64,000 bases of DNA, from assembly GCA_965602015.1 (NCBI GenBank), contig OZ271918.1, positions 2,464,001 through 2,528,000 on the forward strand. The letters are read 5' to 3'. The number at the start of each line of letters is the position of its first letter. Within the stretch, counting starts at the first letter, position 1. Position numbers and translations under genes: made by a program. This document shows, piece by piece, positions 30,170 through 39,900 of the stretch. A model generated the notes under the pieces. That model searched no databases. It was not told the DNA's origin and worked only from the letters and a program-made list of their open reading frames with translations. This stretch comes from Salinispira sp. (lineage in GTDB: Bacteria; Spirochaetota; Spirochaetia; DSM-27196; Salinispiraceae).

Positions 30170-30334
30170 AACCGCAGTCGTGCGGGAGCGCGGATTAGAA
30201 CCCGACGACCACGATTTCCTCGCCGGTCGACTTTTTATCGCTCCCCGTGCGGGAGCGCGGATTAAAACATGTACTGCGTTTTCTATACAAGCCCGCTATT
30301 AGATCGCTCCCTGTGGGAAAGCGATTTTTGCTGC
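30170..30334 (+). CRISPR. Degenerate orphan mini-array: three type I-C-like repeats, two spacers
   Basis: R2 30237-30268 ATCGCTCCCCGTGCGGGAGCGCGGATTAAAAC (32 nt, 7-bp stem CGCTCCC/GGGAGCG, 11-nt tail). R1 30170-30201 matches the last 23 nt of R2 at 22/23. R3 from 30303 matches the first 21 nt at 17/21. Spacers 30202-30236 (35 nt) and 30269-30302 (34 nt). No cas gene in the window. Confidence 0.8.
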
Positions 30335-30413
30335 TCTGTAGTTTTACTGGCGTAATCCAACCGTTCAGATATCTTAGCAACAGTTTTTATTCTGTTTATG
30401 GATTCCATAAATT

Positions 30414-31764
30414 GATCACGTCCAATAATGTTCGCAATTTAGAAAAGTAAAAGGAGCCACAATTCTCTCCGAAGGTTAAGTAGCGATACACAACCAGAAG
30501 GAGTAAGTAATCATGGCCCCAAAAAACTCTACCGCAGATTTCAAGAATCTGCTATCCCAATTCACCGGTGAATCCGATCCCTTGTTTGAGATGCTCAAAT
30601 GGACAACAGAGCAGCTTATGAAAATCGAAGTCGAATCCAAGGTCGGTGCCCCCAAAGGTCAGCACTCCCACAACCGGGCTACTCACTTTTCCGGAACACG
30701 GGTTCGCCGTTTTGATACCCGATTAGGTACCATGTATCTGGTGGTTCCAAAGCTCCGAAAGGGAGGGTATATCCCCTTCTTTGTCACCGAGAAGCGCCGG
30801 TCTGAGCAGGCGCTTCTTCAGGTTGTCCAGGAAGCATTCATTAACGGCGTTTCAACCCGGAAGATTGATCGTCTGGCAAAACAGCTGGGAATCGAGAATA
30901 TTTCCGCAAGCCAGGTTTCAGAAATCAACAAAGGTCTTGATGAACAGGTTGATACATTTCGCAATCGCCCCCTTGAAGCGGAGTACCCAGTAATCTGGAT
31001 AGACGCCCTGTATGAAAAGATCCGGGATGACGGGAGAGTCTACAATCATGCGGTTATGGTCGTGTGCGGCCTCAACAGGGCTGGAGAACGGGAAATCCTG
31101 GCCATAGAGCCCATGGATGCTGAAAATGAAGACAATTACCGGTTCCTGATCCAGAGGTTGAAGGAGCGTGGCCTTCGGTCCGTGTGGCTTGTGGTCTCAG
31201 ATGCGCATCTGGGATTGAAGAATGCTATCCAGAAAGAATTCCTTGGTTCCAGCTGGCAACGCTGCAAAGTACATTTCATGCGGAACGTGTTGGCAAAAGT
31301 GAGAGCCAAACACAAAGAGCATGTTGCCGCCCGTATCAAACATATCTGGCTTCAACCGGATGCCGGTACCGCACGGGAATATGCCAAACAGGTGATGGAT
31401 GATCTGGAATCGCAATTCCCTGAGGCGGTGGAAATCCTGGATAACGGACTTGAAGACTCACTCCAGTTCTATGAATTTCCAAAGCTCGATCATCGGAAGG
31501 TCGCTTCGACAAACATGCTGGAAAGACTGAACCGGGAGATCCGTCGGCGGTCGAAAGTCGTCGGGATTTTCCCATCTCAGGATTCTTACCTGAGATTGGT
31601 GACCTGTTTCCTGATTGAATACACGGAAGACTGGACAGCCGGCAAGGCCTATATTAAAAAGGAAATACTGGATGAGCAACGAGATCTCATCCCGAAAATA
31701 GCCGCTTAACCCGCTGGAGGAAGCTGGCTCCTACATGAAATTGCGAACTAATTTGGACACCATC
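30414..31764 (+). mobile_element. IS256-family insertion sequence, 1351 bp
   Basis: Imperfect terminal IRs GATCACGTCCAATAATGTTCGCAATTT / (rc) GATGGTGTCCAAATTAGTTCGCAATTT. 8-bp TSD CATAAATT at 30406-30413 and 31765-31772. Confidence 0.93.
30513..31709 (+). CDS. IS256-family DDE transposase
   Basis: GVSTRK, IDALYEK.R, VSDAH.GL, WQRCKVHF.RN, STNMLERLNREIRRR. Confidence 0.95.
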   Translation: MAPKNSTADFKNLLSQFTGESDPLFEMLKWTTEQLMKIEVESKVGAPKGQHSHNRATHFSGTRVRRFDTRLGTMYLVVPKLRKGGYIPFFVTEKRRSEQALLQVVQEAFINGVSTRKIDRLAKQLGIENISASQVSEINKGLDEQVDTFRNRPLEAEYPVIWIDALYEKIRDDGRVYNHAVMVVCGLNRAGEREILAIEPMDAENEDNYRFLIQRLKERGLRSVWLVVSDAHLGLKNAIQKEFLGSSWQRCKVHFMRNVLAKVRAKHKEHVAARIKHIWLQPDAGTAREYAKQVMDDLESQFPEAVEILDNGLEDSLQFYEFPKLDHRKVASTNMLERLNREIRRRSKVVGIFPSQDSYLRLVTCFLIEYTEDWTAGKAYIKKEILDEQRDLIPKIAA

Positions 31765-31921
31765 CATAAATTTACTGGAAATCCTTGGCCAAAGTAGAAT
31801 TTCTATAGATGCGATGTAATGCGAAAATGACACTTATTCATATTTATCCGAATTCTTTCTAAGAGCATACCATCAGCAGAGAACTCCTTTTGACCTAGGC
31901 TGCCCCGGTATATGACCCGTC

Positions 31922-32389
31922 CTAGAATACCGCGTTCTCGGCAAACTCAAATAGATGGGGAATAATCAGGGGGAATCGGTAAGGCCCGTCGGGAAGCTCG
32001 CTGTGCAGCGAAGCCTCTGCGATCTCCGAACCCGGAGGGAGGACGCCGGGAGGCTCCAGGGCGGTGCACAGATAAATGTATCCGTACGAGAGGGCCCCGC
32101 CCCGGTCCACCGAGTACCATCCGGCAAGGCTGAGTTCCGCACGCTTAATTCCGGTTTCTTCGTACAGCTCCCGGATTGCCCCGTCCCCGGGACTCTCGCC
32201 TGGGTCAATTTTACCGCCGGGAAACTCCCAGCCATCCTGCCCGGTCACCCGTACCAGTACCCAGGAGCCGCCGAAGCGGGTAATGACAACAGTAAACGTC
32301 ACCGACGGAACCGGCAGGTCTTCCAGCACCGTAGAAATTTCCGCAAGGCGGGGCTCCCGAGGAGCTGAGGGGATGCCTGTATTCATCAA
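31922..32389 (-). CDS. NUDIX hydrolase
   Basis: Nudix box GGKIDPGESPGDGAIRELYEETG. Confidence 0.9.
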   Translation of the reverse strand: MMNTGIPSAPREPRLAEISTVLEDLPVPSVTFTVVITRFGGSWVLVRVTGQDGWEFPGGKIDPGESPGDGAIRELYEETGIKRAELSLAGWYSVDRGGALSYGYIYLCTALEPPGVLPPGSEIAEASLHSELPDGPYRFPLIIPHLFEFAENAVF

Positions 32390-33546
32390 TTAACCGCCTG
32401 TTCCAGCAGGCCGTCATCAGCCGGACTGCGGAAGGTCTGACAAAGGTCCTTTTGAAGCACAAAGCGCACCTGCCCCGCCTGCTTTTTTTTATCGTTCTTC
32501 ATAGCGGAAATCAGAGCAGGGGCATCAAAGCCGCTTTTATCTAATCGGTAGCCGTAGTCCCGCAGGAGATTCTCAACCCGCTGGGCGTACAGCCCCTCGG
32601 TTTGTCCCATGAGGATTCCGAGCTTGAGAGCCCTGACAATTCCCCAGGCCACAGCCTCGCCGTGGGTCCAGGCTCGCTTCCCGCCTCCGGACTCCACTCC
32701 GCTGAGGGCCTCAAGGGCATGGGCAAAGGTGTGGCCCAGGTTCAGATGAGCCCGGATACCCGATTCCCTGAGGTCCGCTTCGACAATTCTCCCTTTTACC
32801 ATGAGGCTTCGCCAGATGATGAGAGAAAGCAGGGACGGGTCCCGGGCAATAACCTTATTTTTTTCCGTCTCGAGAATGGAGAACAGTTCGGCGTCATCGA
32901 GCATGGCGCTTTTGATGACCTCGACCAAACCGCTGAGGTACTCCCGCTGTGTCAGACTGGCCAGGAGGGCCGGGCAGACACGCACTTCGGCGGCCGGGTA
33001 GAACGTGCCGACCATGTTTTTATAGCCGAAGTAATTGATCCCGGTCTTGCCGCCGAAGGATGCATCTACCATTGCAAGGAGGGTGCTGGGAATGAGGACG
33101 AGGCGGTTTCCACGGAGAAAAAGACTCGACGCGAATGCCGCCACGTCGGTTACCGCGCCTCCGCCGAGCCCGATGAAACAGCTGTCCCGGGCGAATCCCA
33201 GCGCAAAGGCGGTTTTGAGAATGAGCTCGACCGATGCGAAATTCTTCCCCCCCTCCCCCGCCGGGAGAATCACTATCGCCGACGGGACCTGCGCAGTATC
33301 GCCGTCGCTTTGAGCTGCGCTGTTTTTGAGGGCATCGATGTCCGCCGCTTCGCTGATCTTTGGCCTCTGCGAGAGTGCCTGGGCAAGCTCCGGCAAGGTC
33401 TCCGGGAGGCATTTCCAGACCTGGCTGTCGGTAATGAGGAGGTTTGCAGACCCGATACCGTCCAGCAGAACATTTGTGCTGTCAAATAATTCTATGTCAC
33501 TGGAAAATTCGCCGAGGGAGAACGTCTTTTTCTGATTCATGACCAT
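32386..33546 (-). CDS. aroB: 3-dehydroquinate synthase
   Basis: GGGAVTD, STLLAMVDASFGGKTGIN, KNMVGTFY, LNLGHTFAHALE, HGEAV, DKK. Confidence 0.95.
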   Translation of the reverse strand: MVMNQKKTFSLGEFSSDIELFDSTNVLLDGIGSANLLITDSQVWKCLPETLPELAQALSQRPKISEAADIDALKNSAAQSDGDTAQVPSAIVILPAGEGGKNFASVELILKTAFALGFARDSCFIGLGGGAVTDVAAFASSLFLRGNRLVLIPSTLLAMVDASFGGKTGINYFGYKNMVGTFYPAAEVRVCPALLASLTQREYLSGLVEVIKSAMLDDAELFSILETEKNKVIARDPSLLSLIIWRSLMVKGRIVEADLRESGIRAHLNLGHTFAHALEALSGVESGGGKRAWTHGEAVAWGIVRALKLGILMGQTEGLYAQRVENLLRDYGYRLDKSGFDAPALISAMKNDKKKQAGQVRFVLQKDLCQTFRSPADDGLLEQAVN

Positions 33547-33613
33547 GAGCCTATCTCAAGGTCCTCAGATGTGTAAAGTGCGCCGTTGATGTTCGTGGTC
33601 GAAGCTCTATAGT

Positions 33614-33970
33614 CTACGCTTCCATCTCTTCGACTTTTTTCTGGATGCTGGCTACGAGCCTGTCGATGAAGGGATCGACTATCTGGTATATCCGTTTATT
33701 GCCCTGCACCTCGGATTGGACGATGCCCTTGTCCTTGAGGATTGCAAGATGCTGACTAATAACCGGTTGGGGTTGATTCAAGCAAACCCAGAGCTCGCTC
33801 ACGCAGGGCTGGGAGTGCTGGGATATCATGCACAATAGTTTAAGCCTCACCGGGTGACCGCAGACCTTGAGTTTTTGGGCCGCATCCTGCAAAACGTCCT
33901 CGGGGCAGCGTGCGGCGGCAAACTCTACCGCCTCTTCCCGTGATATGCTGTCGAGCTGGATTTGACTCAT
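33614..33970 (-). CDS. ArsR/SmtB-family transcriptional regulator
   Basis: LK..GHPVRL.LL, CVSEL...QP.ISQHL.ILK..GIV...GN.R.Y. ATG 33970 with GAGGAG SD. Confidence 0.9.
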   Translation of the reverse strand: MSQIQLDSISREEAVEFAAARCPEDVLQDAAQKLKVCGHPVRLKLLCMISQHSQPCVSELWVCLNQPQPVISQHLAILKDKGIVQSEVQGNKRIYQIVDPFIDRLVASIQKKVEEMEA

Positions 33971-34024
33971 AAAAAACTCCTCTCTAGCTGCGATTGACGC
34001 CTGCAGCCTGCTGCGCACCGGGGC

Positions 34025-34273
34025 TTATTTGGTGGCAGGCTCTTTTTTCGCGGCGCTTTCGCCGGTTTTCGCGCTGCTTTCGCCGGCGGTTTTGCGGCTG
34101 TCATTGACGTAAAAACCGCTGCCTTTGAATATCACCCCGGTTCCCCCGCCAATAAGCCTTCTCAGGCCGGGCTTGCCGCATTCGGGACAGGAGTCCAAGG
34201 GGTTGTCTGACATACTTTGAAAGGTTTCGAACTCATGACCGCAGCTTTTGCATTCATAATCATAATAGGGCAT
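34025..34273 (-). CDS. FmdB-family zinc-ribbon protein
   Basis: MPYYDYECKSCGHEFE.FQSMSD..L..CPECG...IFKGSGFY..D. ATG 34273 with GGAG SD. Confidence 0.9.
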   Translation of the reverse strand: MPYYDYECKSCGHEFETFQSMSDNPLDSCPECGKPGLRRLIGGGTGVIFKGSGFYVNDSRKTAGESSAKTGESAAKKEPATK

Positions 34274-34363
34274 TGTATTCTCCAACACTATATAACAGTT
34301 TTTATATATAATAAAGCCTGAGCAGGGTAAATATATCGATTTTTTCCGCAATGGACAAGTATG

Positions 34364-35149
34364 TCAGCCTTGCAGGGGATCGGGGTTTTTTCTCACCGGA
34401 ATATCACGGGTGGCGAGATACTCCTTGATTTCCCCGATGCGGTAATCGCCGTAGTGGACCATGCTCGCAATAAGAGCGGCGTCGGCGTGACCGGCGGTAA
34501 ACACATCAGCAAGATGAGCCGGTTCTCCGGCTCCGCCGGACGCCACCACCGGCAATCCGACCGCCCGGGAAATCATTGACGTCAAGCCAAGCTCATACCC
34601 ACGGCGAACCCCGTCGGTATCTATCGAATTGAGGACGATTTCACCGGCGCCCAATGACTCGGCTTCCAGGGCCCACTGCAGGGCGTCCTTGCCGGTTTTG
34701 ACCCGCCCCCCGTTTATGACCACCTGATAGCCCGAGGGCATTGCGGAATCCCTGAGGGCGTCCATGGCCAGTACGATGCACTGACGGCCGAAAACCGCCG
34801 CCCCCTCGCTGATGATGCGGGGATTTTTCACCGCCTGGGAATTGAGGCTGACCTTTTCCGCCCCGGCATTAATCACTCGGCGAATATCCTCCAGGCTGCC
34901 CAGGCCACCTCCGACACAAAAGGGGATAAAAATCTCTTTGGCGACATTTTCCACCACATCGATAAATATACCCCGGTCCTCGCTGGAAGCGGTAATATCG
35001 TAAAAAACCAGCTCGTCGCAGCCCTGATCGTAGTATTCCCGGGCCATTTTGACCGGATCGCCGATATCAACGTTTCCCTCGAATTTAATGCCCTTGGTGG
35101 TCTTTCCATTGCGCACGTCCAGGCAGACGACTATTCGCTTCTCAAGCAT
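34364..35149 (-). CDS. hisF: Imidazole glycerol phosphate synthase cyclase subunit
   Basis: [42 protein letters not shown]. Confidence 0.96.
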   Translation of the reverse strand: MLEKRIVVCLDVRNGKTTKGIKFEGNVDIGDPVKMAREYYDQGCDELVFYDITASSEDRGIFIDVVENVAKEIFIPFCVGGGLGSLEDIRRVINAGAEKVSLNSQAVKNPRIISEGAAVFGRQCIVLAMDALRDSAMPSGYQVVINGGRVKTGKDALQWALEAESLGAGEIVLNSIDTDGVRRGYELGLTSMISRAVGLPVVASGGAGEPAHLADVFTAGHADAALIASMVHYGDYRIGEIKEYLATRDIPVRKNPDPLQG

Positions 35150-35150
35150 A

Positions 35151-35804
35151 TTATCCCCCGAAATTCCCTGCGAAATTTGTCAGCAGTTTAAGTCCCACAG
35201 GTCCGGACTTCTCCGGGTGGAACTGGGTGGCCGCCATATTGTCCCGGGCATAGGCCGACACAAAGGGAAACCCGTATTCGCTTTTTGCCAGGGTAACCCC
35301 CGCATCCGCGGGAGCCGGGTAATAGGAATGGACGAAGTAGAAACTGGATGAATCGGGGATTCCTGTGAACAGCAATGCCGCAGGATTACCCTGTTCCACG
35401 AGCACCTGATTCCATCCCATGTGGGGAACCTTTAAATCGCTGATTTTCCGTAGTTCGAACTCGTCACTGAAGAATTTCGCGCTGCCGGCTTCAACGTCCA
35501 GACAGGGGGTCGGATTTTCATCGGCCGACTCCAGGCTTTCGGACAGCAGTATTTGACTGCCAATGCAGATTCCCAACGTGGGAACGCCCCGGTTCACCGC
35601 CTCCCTCAGAGCTTCATCGAGGCCCCGGGCCCGCAAAATGCCCATGGCGTGGGCCGCCTCGCCTACTCCGGGAAAAATGATTTTATCAGCTGTGCGGACA
35701 TCTTCGGGCTTTTGGCTCACCCGAAAATCTATACCCAAATAGCCAAGGGCGGTTTCAACCGATCTCAGGTTGCCCGCATCGTAATCCACAACGGTAATTG
35801 TCAT
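35151..35804 (-). CDS. hisH: Imidazole glycerol phosphate synthase glutaminase subunit
   Basis: [38 protein letters not shown]. Confidence 0.96.
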   Translation of the reverse strand: MTITVVDYDAGNLRSVETALGYLGIDFRVSQKPEDVRTADKIIFPGVGEAAHAMGILRARGLDEALREAVNRGVPTLGICIGSQILLSESLESADENPTPCLDVEAGSAKFFSDEFELRKISDLKVPHMGWNQVLVEQGNPAALLFTGIPDSSSFYFVHSYYPAPADAGVTLAKSEYGFPFVSAYARDNMAATQFHPEKSGPVGLKLLTNFAGNFGG

Positions 35805-35835
35805 AACAGCTCCTGTTGGCTTCTATTCCTTCTTA

Positions 35836-36906
35836 TCAGGAAAAAAATGCCTCGCGTATCCATGCGGCCCTCAGAGGCAGACGGTACACGTGGATGCGGG
35901 AACCCTCAATTCGGATATCGACCAATTCCCGGAGTACCGCAGCATCCTCGAGCGGGAAATTCTGACGAAGCACCTGCAAAAAGGCAACCCGCAGGAGAAG
36001 CCGCAGCGCCCGGGCCTGGAAGGAGGAGGAGGCTTCCATGACGGCATCCGCCAGAAAAACTCCGTCGTCTCCCGCCGAAAGGGAAAAGCGTAGCTCTCCT
36101 ATTCCGCTCAGGTCCCCTCCAAGGGGGCCGAGAAAGTCCGAAGACATGCCCCCGCCCACCGCAAAGGCCGGCGGGGTTTCCCTTTCTTCGGAATGAACCG
36201 GGCCCTTTCTTTCCCAAGAGGCTCCGGAACCCCGGCGCTGAGTTTGTGCTACCGCGCGGAGGCCCGAAAGGATTTCCCTGCCGAATGCCGGATCGGCTCC
36301 GAGGGTTAGCATATACAGCCCCGCTTCGATGAGCTCCAAATGAAACGGTGGGTTCTCATCAGATTCCAGGACCCAGCGGGGCCTTCGGGTGTTCCCGATA
36401 AATACCGGCTTGGAGACAAAACCCATCTCCAGGACCCGGGGTTCGAGAATCTGACTCGGTACCCCCAGGGAAACATAGAGCACCGCACCGGACGGGGAAA
36501 ATTGCCGGCCACGGGGAACAAAGAACCCGATGGCCTGGTCGGTCAGCGTCAAAATAATCCGGGATAACCCCGGGGGAAGATCCACAAGCTCGCTGAGCGC
36601 CTGAGGGTCGATTCCCCGGGGATCGAGCTGTACCACCGACAGGCCGCGGCCCATGAGCTCATGTATGTGTACCGGCAGTTCCACAGGCTCAGGCTCAGAC
36701 TCAGGCTCATCAGCCCTTTGACCTCCGTCCATTCCGTCTACCGCACCTCTTGCCCGGTCCTCCGGAAGGGGCTGGAGGCCGGCCGCGTCCAGCCCGGGAA
36801 GGGCGGCGGTTGCGCATGAGGGCAGGGAGAGGACCACAGACAGAAACAGCGCCGTCAGAAAAACCGACGGCGCTGAAATCCTGTTGATGCGGCGGACCTG
36901 GTTCAT
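35836..36906 (-). CDS. Hypothetical lipoprotein
   Basis: Basic N-terminus, hydrophobic stretch and LPSC lipobox. Overlaps the ileS stop. Confidence 0.6.
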   Translation of the reverse strand: MNQVRRINRISAPSVFLTALFLSVVLSLPSCATAALPGLDAAGLQPLPEDRARGAVDGMDGGQRADEPESEPEPVELPVHIHELMGRGLSVVQLDPRGIDPQALSELVDLPPGLSRIILTLTDQAIGFFVPRGRQFSPSGAVLYVSLGVPSQILEPRVLEMGFVSKPVFIGNTRRPRWVLESDENPPFHLELIEAGLYMLTLGADPAFGREILSGLRAVAQTQRRGSGASWERKGPVHSEERETPPAFAVGGGMSSDFLGPLGGDLSGIGELRFSLSAGDDGVFLADAVMEASSSFQARALRLLLRVAFLQVLRQNFPLEDAAVLRELVDIRIEGSRIHVYRLPLRAAWIREAFFS

Positions 36907-39900
36907 AATTTCGAAATTTCGATATACACCCGGGCTTCCCCGGATTCCAGGACCGAGCCGGCCGTTGTGTTGAGCATTTCCAGCTGGTCGCAGAGCACTT
37001 CTGACTTGAGATAATCCTCGAAGCTGGCGATGGCGTCGGCCATTTCCTCTTCGGCGAAGAGTTTGATGGAAATCCGGTCGGTGACTTCCAGACCGCTTTC
37101 CTTGCGGAGGTTTTGTATGCCCCGGACCAAATCGCGGACAAGACCCTCCTGGCGGAGTTCTTCGGTGACGACGGCGTCGAGGGCCACCGTGAGGCTCCCC
37201 TCATTGAGAACCTTCAGGCCTTCCTTTTCCTCACGCTGCACGATTATCGAGTCCTCGGTAATATCGATGCTTCGGTTTCCGAATTCCATGCTGAGGGTGT
37301 TGCCGTCCAGCAGGCTTTGAATTTCACCGGCGTCAAAGCGGGCGATAACCGCTGCCGCCTCCTTCATGTCCTTTCCGAGCTTCTGACCGAGCTCGCGGAA
37401 GTTCGCCTTGGCGCTGTATTCGACCAGGTCTTCCTCATTGTCACGGAATATCACTTCCTTGACATTGAGCTCGTCGCGGATGATGTCTTCCATTTCGATG
37501 AGAATGTTTTTTTCATCGCGGTTTCGGGTCACCAGATGTATGGCGTTCAGGGGCTGGCGGACCTTCAGGTTATGCATGCTCCGGATCGCCCGGCCCATGC
37601 TCACCGCCTGCTGGGTAACCGACATTTTCTGCTCCAGCTCGCCGTCGCGCCGCTCTCCCTGAACAACGGGAAAGTCGCAGAGGTGCACCGAATAGGGCAT
37701 CGCCGGAGTCTTGAGGTTCTGGTAAATCTCCTCGCTGATGAAGGGTATAAACGGCGCAGCGACCTGAACGAGCTTAACCAGCACCTCATACAGGGTACCG
37801 TAGGCTTCGAGCTTGTCATCATCGTTTTCGCTCTTCCAGAACCGGCGGCGGCTTCGGCGGATATACCAGTTGTTCAGCTGATCGATGAATTTCACCACCG
37901 GATCTACCGCCTTCTGCAGGTCATAGGCGTCCATGTTAGCGGTGACTTCCTCGACCAGAGTCTCGACCGCTGAGAGAATCCACCGGTCCAGCGGATTGGT
38001 GGGGTTCTCCGGTGCGGATTCGGGCTTGACCTTGTCGATGTTGGCGTAGGTCACAAAGAAGCTGTAGGCATTCCACAGCGGTATGATGACGCTCTTGAGA
38101 ACTTCTTTGACACCGTTATCAGAATATTTTAAGTCCTCGGCTTTTACCACGGCGGAGTCCATAAGGAAGAGCCTCAGGGCGTCTGCCCCGTAGGTATTGA
38201 TGATTTCCGCAGGATCCGAGTAGTTGCGCTCGCTCTTGGACATTTTGCGCCCGTCTTCCGCGAGAACCAGACCGTTTACGATTACGTTTTGGAACGCCGG
38301 CTTCTCGAAGAGGGCGGCGGCTAGAACCGTCAGGGTATAGAACCAGCCCCGGGTCTGATCAAGTCCTTCGGCGATGAAGTGAGCCGGATAATTGGCATCG
38401 AAGCTGTTCTTGTTTTCGAAGGGATAGTGATTCTGGGCGTAGGGCATGGCGCCGGATTCAAACCAGCAGTCCAATACCTCGGGAACACGTTTCATGGTTC
38501 CCTTTCCGCAGGAACAGGTCCAGCTGATATCATCGACAAAATGCTTGTGCAGGTCCTCGACAAGGACGCCGGACTTTTCCTTGAGCTCCGCCCGGCTGCC
38601 GATGCAGACCGTCTCTTCGCATTCGTCGCATTTCCACACCGGTATGGGATTGCCCCAGAACCGGTTCCGGCTTATCGCCCATTCCCTGGCATTTTCAAGC
38701 CATTTTCCGAAGCGTCCTTTCTGGAGATGTCCGGGAATCCAGTTGATGGTGTCGTTGGAATCGATCATGGTTTTTTTGATCTTTTCGATGTCGACAAACC
38801 AGGAACTTATGGCCCGGTAAATCAGCGGCGCCTTGGTCCGGTAGCAGTGAGGATAGCTGTGAAGATAGTTCTCCCGGCGCACCAGCTTGCCGTTTTCTTT
38901 GAGCGCGTTGATGATGGGTCGGTCGGCGTCTTTTACAAAGAGCCCGGCATAGTCAGGGATTTCGTCGGTGAATTTACACTCGGCGTCGATGGGCACCAGT
39001 ACCGGAAGCCCGCTGTGCTTGAGCACCTGGTAATCGTCCTCTCCGAATCCCGGAGCGATATGCACGATGCCTGTTCCGTCTTCGGTTGTGACAAAATCGC
39101 CGAGATGGGTTTTAAACGCGCCTTCCTTGTGCAATTCGGCGAAATAGGGAAACAGGGGCTCGTAACTCCAGCCGGCCAGGTCCCTGCCCTTCATGCGGCC
39201 GATTATTTTGTACGACGATTCATCCTTGTAATAATGGGAAAGACGGCTCTCCGCCAAAATGAATTCTTCATCGCCGTCGGTGATGCGCAGGTAATCAATG
39301 TCCTCGCCGAGGGCCAGGCCGAGATTGGACGGCAGGGTCCATGGCGTGGTGGTCCAGGCCAGAAAAGAGAGTTTGCCGTTCTTTATTGTCTTGTCCTGCT
39401 TACCCTGGCCGTCGGATTTCACGGTAAAACGGATAGTAATTGCCGGATCGTGAACGTCCTTGTATCCACCGAGGTTGACCTCGAAATTCGACAGGGGAGT
39501 CGCCAATTTAGGGCTGTAGGGAAGGATGTATGCCCCTTCGTAAATCAGGCCCTTCTCCCACAACTGCCTAAAGACCCACCAGATCGTTTCCATGTAATCC
39601 GGGTCCATGGTCTTGTAGTCGTTGCGGAAATCAACCCAGCGCCCCATGCGGGTCATGGTGCTTTCCCACTCGGCGGTGTATCTGAGCACGATTCCCCGGC
39701 AGGCTTCGTTGAACTCGGCGACGCCGTATTCTTCTATTTGAGATTTTCCCGAAATTCCAAGCTCTTTTTCCATTTCGTATTCCACGGGAAGACCGTGGCA
39801 GTCCCATCCGAAGCGGCGCTGGACCTTCCTGCCCTTCATGCTCTGGTAGCGGGGAATAATGTCTTTGATGGTACCGGGAACAAAGTGCCCGAAATGGGGC

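Noticed and set aside
30195..30450. Short ORFs 30195-30380 (-) and 30247-30450 (+)
   Set aside because: They are translations of the CRISPR-like repeats and spacers (e.g. FNPRSRTGSD), not proteins.
36686..36710. Hexamer repeats (GGCTCA)n, and (AGCCGC)n near 44018-44038
   Set aside because: In-frame low-complexity linkers (EPESEPEP, SRSRSRS), not contingency loci.
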